A DNA stretch of 39,589 nucleotides from a bacterium (lineage in GTDB: Bacteria; Patescibacteriota; Minisyncoccia; UBA6257; GWB1-50-10): contig JAKAID010000001.1 of the NCBI GenBank assembly GCA_021814545.1, forward strand, positions 1-39,589, in the 5' to 3' direction. Each line of letters begins with the position of its first letter. Within the stretch, counting starts at the first letter, position 1. The notes beneath the pieces are model-generated. The model saw only the letters and a list, made by a program, of their open reading frames with translations, made no database searches and was not told where the DNA came from. The position numbers and the translations under genes were made by a program. Shown in pieces: positions 28,271 through 37,719 of this stretch.

Positions 28271-29980
28271 CTACTCCTTTCCCGTCTTATAGGTTACTTC
28301 GCGGGTTCCCGCGATTTTTTTTAATGCAACGAGTACTTTAGTGAGCTTGGCATCGGGGAGCGAATCGCAGCGCACGAACGCGGTCGTGAACGCTTTGCGG
28401 GGGTCGGTATGGCCCTGGAGCGACATGATGGTAAGCCGCATATCCGCGAATACTCCCGCAATGTCTTTCAGATATCCCTCGCGTGTTTTACCGACAATCT
28501 TGAGTTCCACAAAAAGCGCAGCGTTTTTCGCTTGGAGCTTTTTCGTTTTTGTACGCATCGCGCTCTTGATGTGCTGCCGTGCCTGCTCGGTCTTTACGAA
28601 GCGGAGCCAGTCCTCGGTCGGCTTCTTTCCTTTGTGAATGATGATTTCCACGACATCGGCCGAATGGAGTTCTTGGTCGAGCGGTACTATCTTTTCGTTT
28701 ACCTTTGCACCCACGCATTGGTCGCCGATATCCGAGTGGATACGGTAGGCGAAGTCGACCGGGGTGGCGCCCTTCGGGAGGTCAATGACATCGTTGTCGG
28801 GTGTAATGACGAAGATACGGTCTTTGAAGAAATCCACCTTGAGCGACTGAACGAATTTTTCCTGATCGGTGAAATTTTCCTGCCAGTTGCGTAATTGTTC
28901 CACCCAGAGGAGCTCATCGCGGTTTTTAACGCCCTTCCAGCTTCGCGCGGTGTAACCCGTACGGGTGCGCACCTGCTGATACGCCCAGTGCGCGGCGATA
29001 CCCATCTCCGCCTCCTCGTGCATTTTTTCCGTGCGTATCTGTATTTCGATAACTTTGTTGTCGACGCAGAACACGGTCGTGTGAATACTGCGGTACCCGT
29101 TCGGTTTTGGCCGCGCGATATAATCTTTGAATTTCCCCGGGAGCGGCTGCCAGAGCTGGTGTACGACGCCTAATGTCGCGTAGCACTCTTCGGGTGTTTT
29201 CACGATGATGCGGATAGCCACGAGGTCATAGATTTTCTCGAGGTTCATATCGTAGCGGCGGAGCTTTCGGTAGAGGCTGTAGTAGCGTTTTGCGCGAGAA
29301 TCAACCTTGAGTGGGCGGATATTGTGCTCGCCGAGCGCGCGCAAAAGGATAGGCTCCACTTTTTTTACGTACTTTATGCGGCTGTTGTAGGAGTCTTTGA
29401 CCGTTTCGTGGAGCCACTTGTATTCGTCGGGGTGGATGTGGGGGAAGGCAAGGTCCTCAAGTTCGCCGGAGAGTTTCTGCATACCGAGGCGGTAGGCGAG
29501 CGGTGCATATATTTCCGCGGTTTCCCACGCGATACGCTCCTGGCGCTCCTTTGTTTTAAATTTGAGCGTCCGCATGTTATGGAGGCGGTCTGCAAGCTTT
29601 ACGATGACTACGCGGAGGTCGCGGGTGAACGAGATGACGAACTTGCGGAGGTTTTCCACCTCGGCGTCTTTGTTGTGCTCTTGATATTCGAGCGTTTTGA
29701 GTTTGGTAAGGCCGTCCACGAGGAAGGCGATCTCGGAACCGAACGTTTTTTCGATGTCGGCGCGCGTTACCGGCGTATCTTCGACTACGTCGTGAAGGAG
29801 GGCGGCGGCGACCGAGGCTTCGTCGAGTTGCCAATCCGCCACCGTGTTCGCTACCTCTTCACAGTGCGTGAAATACGGGTCGCCGCTTTCCCGGAGCGCG
29901 TCTTTGTGCGCGTTTTTTGCGAACGCGTAGGCCTTTGCTACTACACTCTCATTGCCATATTTTTTCAGTAACGCGGACAT
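28271..29980 (-). CDS. rel: Bifunctional (p)ppGpp synthetase/hydrolase Rel (long RSH)
   Basis: HDVVED, KLADRLHNMRTL, FKDYIA.PK.NGYRSIHT, EIQIRT, TGS domain (TPVDFAY) and C-terminal ACT-like domain. Confidence 0.95.
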   Translation of the reverse strand: MSALLKKYGNESVVAKAYAFAKNAHKDALRESGDPYFTHCEEVANTVADWQLDEASVAAALLHDVVEDTPVTRADIEKTFGSEIAFLVDGLTKLKTLEYQEHNKDAEVENLRKFVISFTRDLRVVIVKLADRLHNMRTLKFKTKERQERIAWETAEIYAPLAYRLGMQKLSGELEDLAFPHIHPDEYKWLHETVKDSYNSRIKYVKKVEPILLRALGEHNIRPLKVDSRAKRYYSLYRKLRRYDMNLEKIYDLVAIRIIVKTPEECYATLGVVHQLWQPLPGKFKDYIARPKPNGYRSIHTTVFCVDNKVIEIQIRTEKMHEEAEMGIAAHWAYQQVRTRTGYTARSWKGVKNRDELLWVEQLRNWQENFTDQEKFVQSLKVDFFKDRIFVITPDNDVIDLPKGATPVDFAYRIHSDIGDQCVGAKVNEKIVPLDQELHSADVVEIIIHKGKKPTEDWLRFVKTEQARQHIKSAMRTKTKKLQAKNAALFVELKIVGKTREGYLKDIAGVFADMRLTIMSLQGHTDPRKAFTTAFVRCDSLPDAKLTKVLVALKKIAGTREVTYKTGKE

Positions 29981-30042
29981 AGAAGAAAGGTTTTTTTATC
30001 ATACTCCTCCCGGGGTATGGGCTCAAATTGCCCCAGAAAATA

Positions 30043-30070
30043 TTGACAGGGGTGGTCGCACGAATATACT
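30043..30070 (+). promoter_or_regulatory. Sigma70 promoter of groESL
   Basis: TTGACA-16nt-TATACT. Confidence 0.75.
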
Positions 30071-30083
30071 TAAATCATTAAAA

Positions 30084-30110
30084 TTAGCAATCGAAAGTCG
30101 AGATTGCTAC
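30084..30110 (+). promoter_or_regulatory. CIRCE element (HrcA operator), variant
   Basis: TTAGCAATC-N9-GATTGCTAC versus consensus TTAGCACTC-N9-GAGTGCTAA, between the promoter and groES. Confidence 0.85.
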
Positions 30111-30125
30111 TATCAAACAAAACAT

Positions 30126-30428
30126 ATGAAATTAACACCATTATCGAATCGGGTGCTCATTGAGGCAGAGGTCGAAGAGGCAAAGGCAACGAAGTCGGGT
30201 ATCGTGCTTCCGGACTCGGCGGAGAAGAAAAAGCAGAGCCGCGGCACGGTCATCGCGGTGGGTCCCGGCAGAATGAACGACAAGGGCGAGCGCATGCTGG
30301 TCGCCGTGAACGTGGGCGACAAGGTACTCTTCAAGGAACCGTGGTCCGAGGAGGGCAAGCTCGAGCAGAACGGCAAGAAGTTTTTCTTAGTCGACGAGGA
30401 TGACATTTTGGCGACAATAACGGAATAA
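30126..30428 (+). CDS. groES: Co-chaperonin GroES
   Basis: MKLTPLSNRVLI, TKSGIVLPDSA, AVGPG and EDDILA. Confidence 0.97.
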   Translation: MKLTPLSNRVLIEAEVEEAKATKSGIVLPDSAEKKKQSRGTVIAVGPGRMNDKGERMLVAVNVGDKVLFKEPWSEEGKLEQNGKKFFLVDEDDILATITE

Positions 30429-30432
30429 CACT

Positions 30433-32073
30433 ATGGCAAAACAGATATTATTCAACGAAGACGCGCGTGTCGCGATGAAGCGCGGCATCGACAAGCTCGC
30501 GGCGGCAGTACGCATGACGCTTGGGCCCCGGGGCAGAGCGGTTGTTATTGAAAAGGGATATGGCGCTCCGCAGGTTACATTCGACGGCGTGACGGTCGCG
30601 AAAGAAATCGAGCTCGAGGACAAGTATGAGAATCTCGGCGCGGAATTCATTAAGCAGGCTGCAGACAAAACGAACGACAACGTGGGCGATGGCACCACGA
30701 CCTCGGTCGTGCTCGCGCACGCAATGATAGAAGAGGGCGAGACGGCTATTCGCGAGAAAGGGTTGAACGTCATCCAGCTCGCGGAGGAATTGAAGAAGGG
30801 CGCGGAGACCATCGTAAAGGCGCTTGAGCGCCAGAAGGAGGAGACGAATGATAATCAGAAGATAAAAGAAGTCGCCTCGCTTTCAGCGAAGGATACGCAC
30901 ATTGGCGCGCTTATTGCGGAGGTATTCGCGAAAGTCGGCCGCGAGGGCGTCGTGACGACCGATGACTCGAATACCATCGGCAATTCGTATGAGCTTGTCG
31001 AGGGCATGCAGTTCGACCGCGGCTACATCTCGCAGTACATGGTGACGAACCAGGAGAAGATGGATGCTGCGCTCGAGGACCCGTATATCTTGGTGACCGA
31101 CAAAAAAATATCTTCCATTCAGGAAATTCTTCCCGTGCTTGAAAAGGTGGTGCAGAGTGGCAAGAAGGAACTCGTGATAATCGCGGAAGATATTGAGGGG
31201 GAGGCACTCGCAACTCTGGTGCTCAATAAAATTCGCGGCATCTTCAGCGTGCTTGGCGTGAAGGCCCCCGGCTTCGGCGACCGGAAAAAGGAGATGCTTC
31301 AGGACATCGCCATCGTAACTGGCGCTTCCTTCATTTCGGAAGATTTGGGCAAGAAGTTCGATGGCGTTGAGCTCGCTGACCTCGGGCATGCCCATCGCGT
31401 CGTGGCGAGCAAGGAAAAGACGACTATCGTGGGCGGCAAGGGCGACAAGAAGGCAATCGATGAGCGCGTGAAACAGCTGAAGGCGCTCGTGAAGGCGGCC
31501 GACTCCGATTTCGACAAAGAAAAATTGCAGGAGCGCCTTGGGAAGCTTTCGGGAGGCGTGGCGGTCATTAAGATCGGCGCCCCCACTGAATCGGCACAGA
31601 AGGAGCTGAAGCAGCGCGTTGATGACGCGATATATGCCACGCGCGCCGCGATGGAAGAGGGCATTATCCCCGGCGGCGGCATTGCGCTCTTCAATGCGCA
31701 GGTGCGCGCGGGGAAGGGCGATGAGGGCAAGGAGGGTTCGGCGGAAAAGGCGGCGCTCGCCATTTTGAGAAAAGCGATGGAAGCGCCCATTGCTGCCATC
31801 ATTGCGAATAGCGGTGCGGATGCGAATAGGGTTATGGAGAAACTCCGCGCGCGCAGCGAGCAAGATACATGGAAGGGGTTCAATGCGTTCAAGAACGAAA
31901 TGGAAGATTTGAAGGCGGCGGGCATTATCGACCCGCTCAAGGTTACGAAGACCGCATTCATGAACGCGGTTTCTGTTGCGGCTAATTACCTTATGATAGG
32001 CGCTGCGGTAACCGAGCTTCCTGAGAAAAAAGAAAAAATGCCGGGCGGTATGCCGGGCATGGGGGAATATTAA
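30433..32073 (+). CDS. groEL: Chaperonin GroEL
   Basis: TLGPRGR, DGVTVAKE, GDGTTT, KAPGFGDR and GGM-like tail. Confidence 0.99.
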   Translation: MAKQILFNEDARVAMKRGIDKLAAAVRMTLGPRGRAVVIEKGYGAPQVTFDGVTVAKEIELEDKYENLGAEFIKQAADKTNDNVGDGTTTSVVLAHAMIEEGETAIREKGLNVIQLAEELKKGAETIVKALERQKEETNDNQKIKEVASLSAKDTHIGALIAEVFAKVGREGVVTTDDSNTIGNSYELVEGMQFDRGYISQYMVTNQEKMDAALEDPYILVTDKKISSIQEILPVLEKVVQSGKKELVIIAEDIEGEALATLVLNKIRGIFSVLGVKAPGFGDRKKEMLQDIAIVTGASFISEDLGKKFDGVELADLGHAHRVVASKEKTTIVGGKGDKKAIDERVKQLKALVKAADSDFDKEKLQERLGKLSGGVAVIKIGAPTESAQKELKQRVDDAIYATRAAMEEGIIPGGGIALFNAQVRAGKGDEGKEGSAEKAALAILRKAMEAPIAAIIANSGADANRVMEKLRARSEQDTWKGFNAFKNEMEDLKAAGIIDPLKVTKTAFMNAVSVAANYLMIGAAVTELPEKKEKMPGGMPGMGEY

Positions 32074-32087
32074 ATTGCCGAAACGAA

Positions 32088-32123
32088 ACGCGAACCGCCC
32101 TTGAACAAGGGGCGGTTTTGCGT
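32088..32123 (+). terminator. Intrinsic terminator after groEL
   Basis: AACCGCCCTTG-AA-CAAGGGGCGGTT followed by TT. Confidence 0.7.
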
Positions 32124-32174
32124 ATATGCTGACCGTAGCCGTTTCACATCAGACCCTGAAAGGAAAGGGCCACT

Positions 32175-33095
32175 ATGCCGCATACCAAGCTTCCACCCCG
32201 CATCGTGGACGATGAGGGGGTTCGTACGCTCCGGCCAGTGAGCCAGGGCGCCGAGAAGTGGTTGTTCCGCCCCATCCCATGCCTCGACCGCGGGTTCGTG
32301 TACCTCGTGGATTATATGGGCAGCGACCGTGCCATCGCAGAAGCCGCCCGGGTTTCCTACGGCCGCGGCACGAAGAAGGTGAGCGAGGACGAGGCGCTCA
32401 TTCGTTACTTGCGCCGTGCGATGCACACCTCACCATCGGAGATGGTCGAGTTCAAGTTCCACTGCAAGATGCCCATTTTCGTGGCACGCCAGTGGATACG
32501 CCACCGCACCGCGAACGTGAACGAGTACTCAGGCCGCTACTCGGAGATGTCGGACGAGTTCTATATGCCCGCACTCGACCAGGTGCGCGCGCAGGCGACG
32601 GACAACAAGCAGGGCAGAGGCGAGGCGCTCACGCCCGAGCAGCAACGGCACGTGCAAGGAATTCTCGCGCGCACGTACGAGAAAGCGCACGGCGGCTACC
32701 AGGAGCTTCTCGGCATGAACCTCGCGAAGGAGCTCGCACGCATCGGGCTCTCCGTTGCGAACTATACCGAGTGGTACTGGAAGATCGACGCGCACAATCT
32801 CTTCCACTTCCTCCGGCTCCGCCTCGACCCGCACGCGCAGTACGAGATACGCGTGTACGCGGAGGCGATGGCGCGCATTGTTCGCGACGCCATCCCGAAG
32901 TCCTATCGCGCGTTCGAGAACTACGTGCTCCACTCGATACAGCTCTCCGAGATGGAGATTGCCTTCATCGCCGCTCACCCCGAGCGCGGTGATGAGTGGA
33001 AGCTCTTCGAAGAGTTTTTCAAGGTGGTCGGGAACAAGCGCGAGGCGCGCGAGTTCGTCGGAAAAATGAAGCGTCTTGGCTTCGTGCGTTCGTAG
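32175..33095 (+). CDS. thyX: Flavin-dependent thymidylate synthase
   Basis: AARVSY, RQWIRHRTANVNEYSGRY (RHRx7SxR) and HAQYEIR. Confidence 0.96.
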   Translation: MPHTKLPPRIVDDEGVRTLRPVSQGAEKWLFRPIPCLDRGFVYLVDYMGSDRAIAEAARVSYGRGTKKVSEDEALIRYLRRAMHTSPSEMVEFKFHCKMPIFVARQWIRHRTANVNEYSGRYSEMSDEFYMPALDQVRAQATDNKQGRGEALTPEQQRHVQGILARTYEKAHGGYQELLGMNLAKELARIGLSVANYTEWYWKIDAHNLFHFLRLRLDPHAQYEIRVYAEAMARIVRDAIPKSYRAFENYVLHSIQLSEMEIAFIAAHPERGDEWKLFEEFFKVVGNKREAREFVGKMKRLGFVRS

Positions 33096-33102
33096 GCAGC
33101 AT

Positions 33103-33130
33103 CCCCGCCGTTATGGCGGGGTTTTTATTT
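33103..33130 (+). terminator. Intrinsic terminator after thyX
   Basis: CCCCGCC-GTTAT-GGCGGGG followed by TTTTTATTT. Confidence 0.85.
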
Positions 33131-33165
33131 GCGGGGCAGGCGGTGGTATACTGATACCAAGAATT

Positions 33166-33723
33166 ATGAAAAACAAAACGTTATGGATAGTGCTTGCGGT
33201 CGCGGTCGTCGTCGGGCTCTATGTATGGTCCGGGTACAACGGTTTTGTAGGGAAAAACGAGGCGGTAAATAACCAATGGGCGCAGGTGGAGGCGCAATAT
33301 CAGCGCCGCTTTGACCTCATTCCGAACCTGGTGGAATCGGTGAAGGGTGCGATGAAACAAGAGCAGGCTGTTTTCGGTGCGATTGCGGACGCGCGCACGA
33401 AGTATGGCGGCGCCGTTGGCGTGGATGCAAAGGTAGCGGCGGCGAACCAGATGGAGGGCGCGCTCTCGCGGCTCCTTGTGGTGATGGAAAACTACCCGCA
33501 GCTTACGTCATCAGAAAATGTAAAAACGCTTATGGTACAGCTTGAGGGCACGGAGAATCGCGTGAGCGTGGAGCGCCAGCGGTTCAATGACCTTGTGCGC
33601 GACCTGAATACTGCGATAAAGCGTTTCCCGAGTAATCTAATTGCGGGCGCGTTCGGATTCAATGAACGCGCGTATTTTGAGGCGGTAAAAGGTGCGGAGA
33701 ACGCGCCGAAAGTGAATTTCTAA
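33166..33723 (+). CDS. lemA: LemA family protein
   Basis: N-terminal TM, QYQRRFDLIPNLV, ENYPQL, LEGTENR and FPSNLIA. Confidence 0.95.
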   Translation: MKNKTLWIVLAVAVVVGLYVWSGYNGFVGKNEAVNNQWAQVEAQYQRRFDLIPNLVESVKGAMKQEQAVFGAIADARTKYGGAVGVDAKVAAANQMEGALSRLLVVMENYPQLTSSENVKTLMVQLEGTENRVSVERQRFNDLVRDLNTAIKRFPSNLIAGAFGFNERAYFEAVKGAENAPKVNF

Positions 33724-33730
33724 CGCTGCG

Positions 33731-34609
33731 ATGTTCAAGAGGGCGGCGATATTCTTTTTGATAGCGGCACTCCCGCTCTTTGCGCACGCGTACACGAGTC
33801 CCGGGAAGCCCACAGGGTTCGTGAACGACTTCGCGGGAATGCTCACGGGCGAGGAGCGCGTCATGCTCGAGAGCAAGCTTGCGGCATTCGAGAAAGAAAC
33901 CTCGAACGAGCTTGCGGTCGTTACCATTCCGAACCTTGGCGGCGACACGGTCGAGAATTATGCGGTTAAACTTTTTGAGGAGTGGAAAATAGGCAAGGCG
34001 AAGAAAGACAACGGTGTGCTGCTGCTTGTATCGCGTGATGACAGAAAAGTACGCATCGAGGTTGGCTATGGCCTTGAGGGGGCGCTCACCGATGCGCAGA
34101 GCTATTGGATAATCCACGATGTTATCACACCGAATTTTAAAGAGGGGAAGTATTACGCGGGGCTCGATGGCGCGGCAACGAATATAATTGCGGCAACGAG
34201 GGGCGAGTATGTGCCCTCGTCTTCTCCGCAAAAGGAGGCAACCACCTCGCTCTTTCTTGAGTACTGGTACTTTATTCCGCTCGCATTCATGTGGCTTGCG
34301 AGCATCCTTGGGCGCTCAAAGTCGTGGTGGATGGGCGGCGTGGCGGGCGGCATTGCCGGCATCGTTGTGGGGGTTATTTACGGGTTTTTATTCTCTGGCA
34401 TTGTTGCCATCGCCGCACTCATCCCACTCGGTCTTCTTTTCGACTTTGTGGTCTCTCGCTCCTACAACCGCTATGCAACGGGGGGCGGGCCTATCCCATG
34501 GTGGATAGGCGGCGGGAGGAATGGACCAGGGAGCGGGGGCAGCTTCGGGGGCTTCGGAGGATTCGGCGGCGGCCGATCGGGCGGGGGCGGTTCAAGCGGA
34601 AATTGGTAA
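33731..34609 (+). CDS. TPM-domain (YgcG-like) membrane protein
   Basis: VNDFAGML, WKIG..KDNGVLLLV, RIEVGYGLEG and Gly-rich GGGRSGGGGSSGNW tail; the usual lemA partner. Confidence 0.92.
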   Translation: MFKRAAIFFLIAALPLFAHAYTSPGKPTGFVNDFAGMLTGEERVMLESKLAAFEKETSNELAVVTIPNLGGDTVENYAVKLFEEWKIGKAKKDNGVLLLVSRDDRKVRIEVGYGLEGALTDAQSYWIIHDVITPNFKEGKYYAGLDGAATNIIAATRGEYVPSSSPQKEATTSLFLEYWYFIPLAFMWLASILGRSKSWWMGGVAGGIAGIVVGVIYGFLFSGIVAIAALIPLGLLFDFVVSRSYNRYATGGGPIPWWIGGGRNGPGSGGSFGGFGGFGGGRSGGGGSSGNW

Positions 34610-34619
34610 TAACATACGC

Positions 34620-35309
34620 ATGACGTACACATTCGGGAAAACCATCGTTATTAATTTGGGCGGTTCGGTCATCGTCCCCGACGATATTAATATCAAACTC
34701 CTTACGCGGTGGCGCGAGTTCGTGCAGAAGTATGCCAAAAAACATCGGTTCATTATTGTGGTGGGCGGCGGAAGGCTCGCGCGCAAGTATCAGGAATCGG
34801 CTCGCGCGGTGCGCGCCATTGCGAACAGAGAGAGTGACAGTCTTGGTATTTATGCAACGAAGCTTAATGCAAAGCTCGTCCAGACCGTGTTCGGCAAGCG
34901 TGCGGGCGGCGAACTCATTGATGGGCCGGAGAAGATGAAGCCGCTTTCCGCGCCGGTTACTGTCGCGTGCGGCTGGGTGCCCGGTGCTTCGACCGACTAC
35001 ATCAGCGCGCAAATCGCCGCGCACTACGGCGCCCCCGAAGTCGTAATGGCGGGGAAACCAGCGTATGTTTTTAGCAAGAACCCCGACCAGTTCGTGGATG
35101 CGCGGCCCTACCTCACGCTTACCTGGGGCGAGTATTGGAACCTTATTCCCCACAAGTGGGAGCCCGGTGTCAACGTTCCCATTGACCCCGTTTGCGCGAA
35201 ATACAGCCGCGCGAACAAGCTTGCAGCGATCGTGGTGGATGGCCGCAATATCAACAATTTGCAGTATTTATTGAGCGGCGAGGAATTCGAGGGGACGATT
35301 GTAAGATAA
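34620..35309 (+). CDS. pyrH: UMP kinase, archaeal-type
   Basis: VINLGGS, VVGGGRLARKY, GIYATKLNA, PGASTD and EPG..PIDP. Confidence 0.88.
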   Translation: MTYTFGKTIVINLGGSVIVPDDINIKLLTRWREFVQKYAKKHRFIIVVGGGRLARKYQESARAVRAIANRESDSLGIYATKLNAKLVQTVFGKRAGGELIDGPEKMKPLSAPVTVACGWVPGASTDYISAQIAAHYGAPEVVMAGKPAYVFSKNPDQFVDARPYLTLTWGEYWNLIPHKWEPGVNVPIDPVCAKYSRANKLAAIVVDGRNINNLQYLLSGEEFEGTIVR

Positions 35310-35397
35310 GGCTTGTTAAAAGCGTCTTACAGATAGCGGAGTTGTGCACCGCGGTACAAAAAGTCGTTTGGTATACTAATAATATAAATACGCGAGT

Positions 35398-35934
35398 ATG
35401 AACACATCAATTAAAAAAGCCGCGACGGTAGCAATGGTTGCGGTTTTCGGTTTGCTGGGGAGGGGAGGAAGTTTTGTATCGAGCGCGCATGCACAGACCG
35501 CCACGGGGACGGTTACGAGCACGGCGACCGATACGGCGGTGACTGAGGCAACCATTTCGGATTTTATCCGAGAGCTTCAGGCGCTGCTTGCCAAGTACAA
35601 CACCGATATCACCGCGCAGAAGATATCAAAAGAGATATTGGGCGAAGAGAACAAGCACGCGGGTGACCAGTTTGGTACGAACACCGTCATCGACGGTGAG
35701 AAGCCCGAAAACGAGATAGAGCAGGAAATCGACCATGAGGTTGATACGGAAAGCCCTGAGAGCGAGAAACGCGATGAGTCCGAGCATGCGCAGATCCGCG
35801 AGGGTGAGGGCGAGGGGCGGGATAACGCTTCCTCGACCGAACAGCTCCGCAGCGGGGGCGGTGATCGCGGTGAGCAGGGTGGCGAGCGTAATGGCGAAAA
35901 CGGGGGTCAGTCTGAAGGCGAGTCTAATAACTAA
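35398..35934 (+). CDS. Secreted hypothetical protein with acidic disordered tail
   Basis: Signal peptide ending AHA|Q; Thr-rich then Glu/Gly-rich; upstream TG-TATACT. Confidence 0.75.
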   Translation: MNTSIKKAATVAMVAVFGLLGRGGSFVSSAHAQTATGTVTSTATDTAVTEATISDFIRELQALLAKYNTDITAQKISKEILGEENKHAGDQFGTNTVIDGEKPENEIEQEIDHEVDTESPESEKRDESEHAQIREGEGEGRDNASSTEQLRSGGGDRGEQGGERNGENGGQSEGESNN

Positions 35935-35939
35935 CAATT

Positions 35940-36425
35940 ATGCGCAATTATCTTACCGCAATCGTTACTGTAGTCGTTGTTGCAGCGTTCGTGTTCATCG
36001 TGTACATGCAGTGGAACGCGACTCCCGCGCCCGTCGCGCAGGTTCCGGAGGGAGTTACCACCACCGCACCCGTGCCCGCGGCTCCCGCGCGGCCGGCTGC
36101 GGCCATCACGTCCATAACGCTTGGCAAGCGTGTAGGGGCTGATGGTGTAGTGTCGCTTCCTGCGACCACATTCGGCACGAAGGACAGCATCTATGCAGGA
36201 CTCACGTTGCAGAACGCGCTCGCGCGCACCGCGATTTCCTACATCCGCACGTACAATGGACAGTACGTTGATTCGAAAGTTTCGCACCCCACGAAAGACG
36301 GCGTAACGAACTTTTACTTCAGCTGGGTGCTGAATGCCGGGGCAGTGCGAAAGGCGGGCAATTACTCGCTTACGTTCTACGTTGATGGTGTGAAGGCACA
36401 GACAGTGAACTACACGGTTCGATAA
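35940..36425 (+). CDS. Membrane-anchored protein with Pro/Ala linker and Ig-like beta domain
   Basis: TM helix, PA-rich linker and GNYSLTFYVDG beta-sandwich-like end. Confidence 0.78.
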   Translation: MRNYLTAIVTVVVVAAFVFIVYMQWNATPAPVAQVPEGVTTTAPVPAAPARPAAAITSITLGKRVGADGVVSLPATTFGTKDSIYAGLTLQNALARTAISYIRTYNGQYVDSKVSHPTKDGVTNFYFSWVLNAGAVRKAGNYSLTFYVDGVKAQTVNYTVR

Positions 36426-36458
36426 AAAGAAACCCGCCTCAAGAGGCGGGTTTTTATT
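36424..36458. terminator. Bidirectional intrinsic terminator
   Basis: A-tract, AAACCCGCCTC-AA-GAGGCGGGTTT, then T-tract, between convergent genes. Confidence 0.85.
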
Positions 36459-36975
36459 ATTTTGGTGCGGGGTAATCTTCGCCGTACGAGGGACAGCCCC
36501 TCTTCTTCAAGCCAGCGTTCAGTCGCCGGAGCACGTGCACGTTTGGTGCTTCTTTGACTCTCATGAAGAGTGAGCGAGGGATTCGCTTCCCCTTCATGTA
36601 GAGGATGGTGCCTTCAACGTATGCGACCCAGCTTACGCCCTCGCCGCATCGCGCATGCATGAGCGACCGCTCGAAGTGAGCGAGCGCTTCCGGCGAGTCT
36701 TTCATCGCGTGGCGCTGGCCCACGTGGAACTCGGTGAAGCTTGCGAACCAGTGGTACCACTTTTCGCCGATGGGGAGCTGGGTGAGGCAACGCACGATGT
36801 TCGCGTCGCGCAGAAACACGAGATTCTCCTCAGAAGCATCTCGGTCAGGCGTTGCCTGGTCGAGCCCCATCAACGTGTCGTGGAGTTCTTGAAGGGAGAG
36901 TCTGCCGCCCGTGAGGCGCTTTTTCAGCGTTACGTAGGTGCCCTTTGTCCGTGCGGGGTTCCTTGCTTTCGCCAT
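36457..36975 (-). CDS. Hypothetical protein (helical, TPR-like)
   Basis: 172-aa ORF with its own promoter, a GGAGG upstream and a terminator downstream. Confidence 0.7.
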   Translation of the reverse strand: MAKARNPARTKGTYVTLKKRLTGGRLSLQELHDTLMGLDQATPDRDASEENLVFLRDANIVRCLTQLPIGEKWYHWFASFTEFHVGQRHAMKDSPEALAHFERSLMHARCGEGVSWVAYVEGTILYMKGKRIPRSLFMRVKEAPNVHVLRRLNAGLKKRGCPSYGEDYPAPK

Positions 36976-37015
36976 AAGGCCTCCGTACCGCGAGCAGGTG
37001 GAGAGAACTAATTAC

Positions 37016-37044
37016 TTAATAACACAAAAATTTGCGTGTGTCAA
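37016..37044 (-). promoter_or_regulatory. Sigma70 promoter
   Basis: TTGACA-17nt-TATTAA on the minus strand. Confidence 0.6.
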
Positions 37045-37053
37045 AACGTTTCT

Positions 37054-37371
37054 CTACGCGGCCCGCCATTGCGAACGCGCAAGGTCGACACGGATGCCGA
37101 TGAATATCACCCCCTCTTTAAGAAGCGCATTCTTTTTTGTGGCGATACCCTTGCCGAATGAGTAGCCGGTCAATGAGCCATCGGACGCTACCACGCGATG
37201 GCAAGGGACGACGCGTCTGTCAGGGTTCCGTTTCATGGCGTTGCCCACGGCGCGAGCAGCATTCGTGTTACCCGCAAGCCGTGCTACCTGGCCGTAGGTC
37301 GCCACCTTGCCTTTTGGTATACGCGCCGCCACCGCATATATTTTTTGAGTGAATGGGGAAGACGCGCTCAT
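37054..37371 (-). CDS. O6-alkylguanine-DNA alkyltransferase (MGMT family, single domain)
   Basis: IPKGKVATYGQVA, ARAVGNA and active-site PCHRVV; ATG at 37371. Confidence 0.92.
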   Translation of the reverse strand: MSASSPFTQKIYAVAARIPKGKVATYGQVARLAGNTNAARAVGNAMKRNPDRRVVPCHRVVASDGSLTGYSFGKGIATKKNALLKEGVIFIGIRVDLARSQWRAA

Positions 37372-37376
37372 GTGCT

Positions 37377-37712
37377 TTATCCGATTGAGAGGAGCACGAT
37401 AGAAATGAACGCGGTTACCACGCCGATGACTCCGAGCACGCTCAGTTTCTCGCTGAAGATAAAAACGCCGATGAGTACAGTCGCGAGGAGGCTCAGCACC
37501 GACCAGATAACTCCCACGATCGAGAGCTGATTCTTTTGTAATATTGCCGGCAGCCAGCTGAGTATCCCGAGCATGTAGGCGATGAGTACGAATGCAACCG
37601 ATGTCCATTTGGGCTCAAGTGCGAATTTTTTTGAGAGAAACTCACCCGCAGCAAAAAAGAGAGCCGAAATAATAAGCCAATAGAAGTAGTTGATGGATAA
37701 GATGAATTTCAT
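37377..37712 (-). CDS. SMR/DMT-like small membrane transporter
   Basis: 111 aa, about four TM helices, Glu in TM1, conserved-type Trp and FSEKLS before the last helix. Confidence 0.75.
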   Translation of the reverse strand: MKFILSINYFYWLIISALFFAAGEFLSKKFALEPKWTSVAFVLIAYMLGILSWLPAILQKNQLSIVGVIWSVLSLLATVLIGVFIFSEKLSVLGVIGVVTAFISIVLLSIG

Positions 37713-37719
37713 GGTGATT

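Noticed and set aside
1697-36453. CCGCC/GGCGG hairpins at 1697, 32093, 33103 and 36430 as a REP family
   Set aside because: All sit right after stop codons with T tracts, so ordinary terminators explain them.
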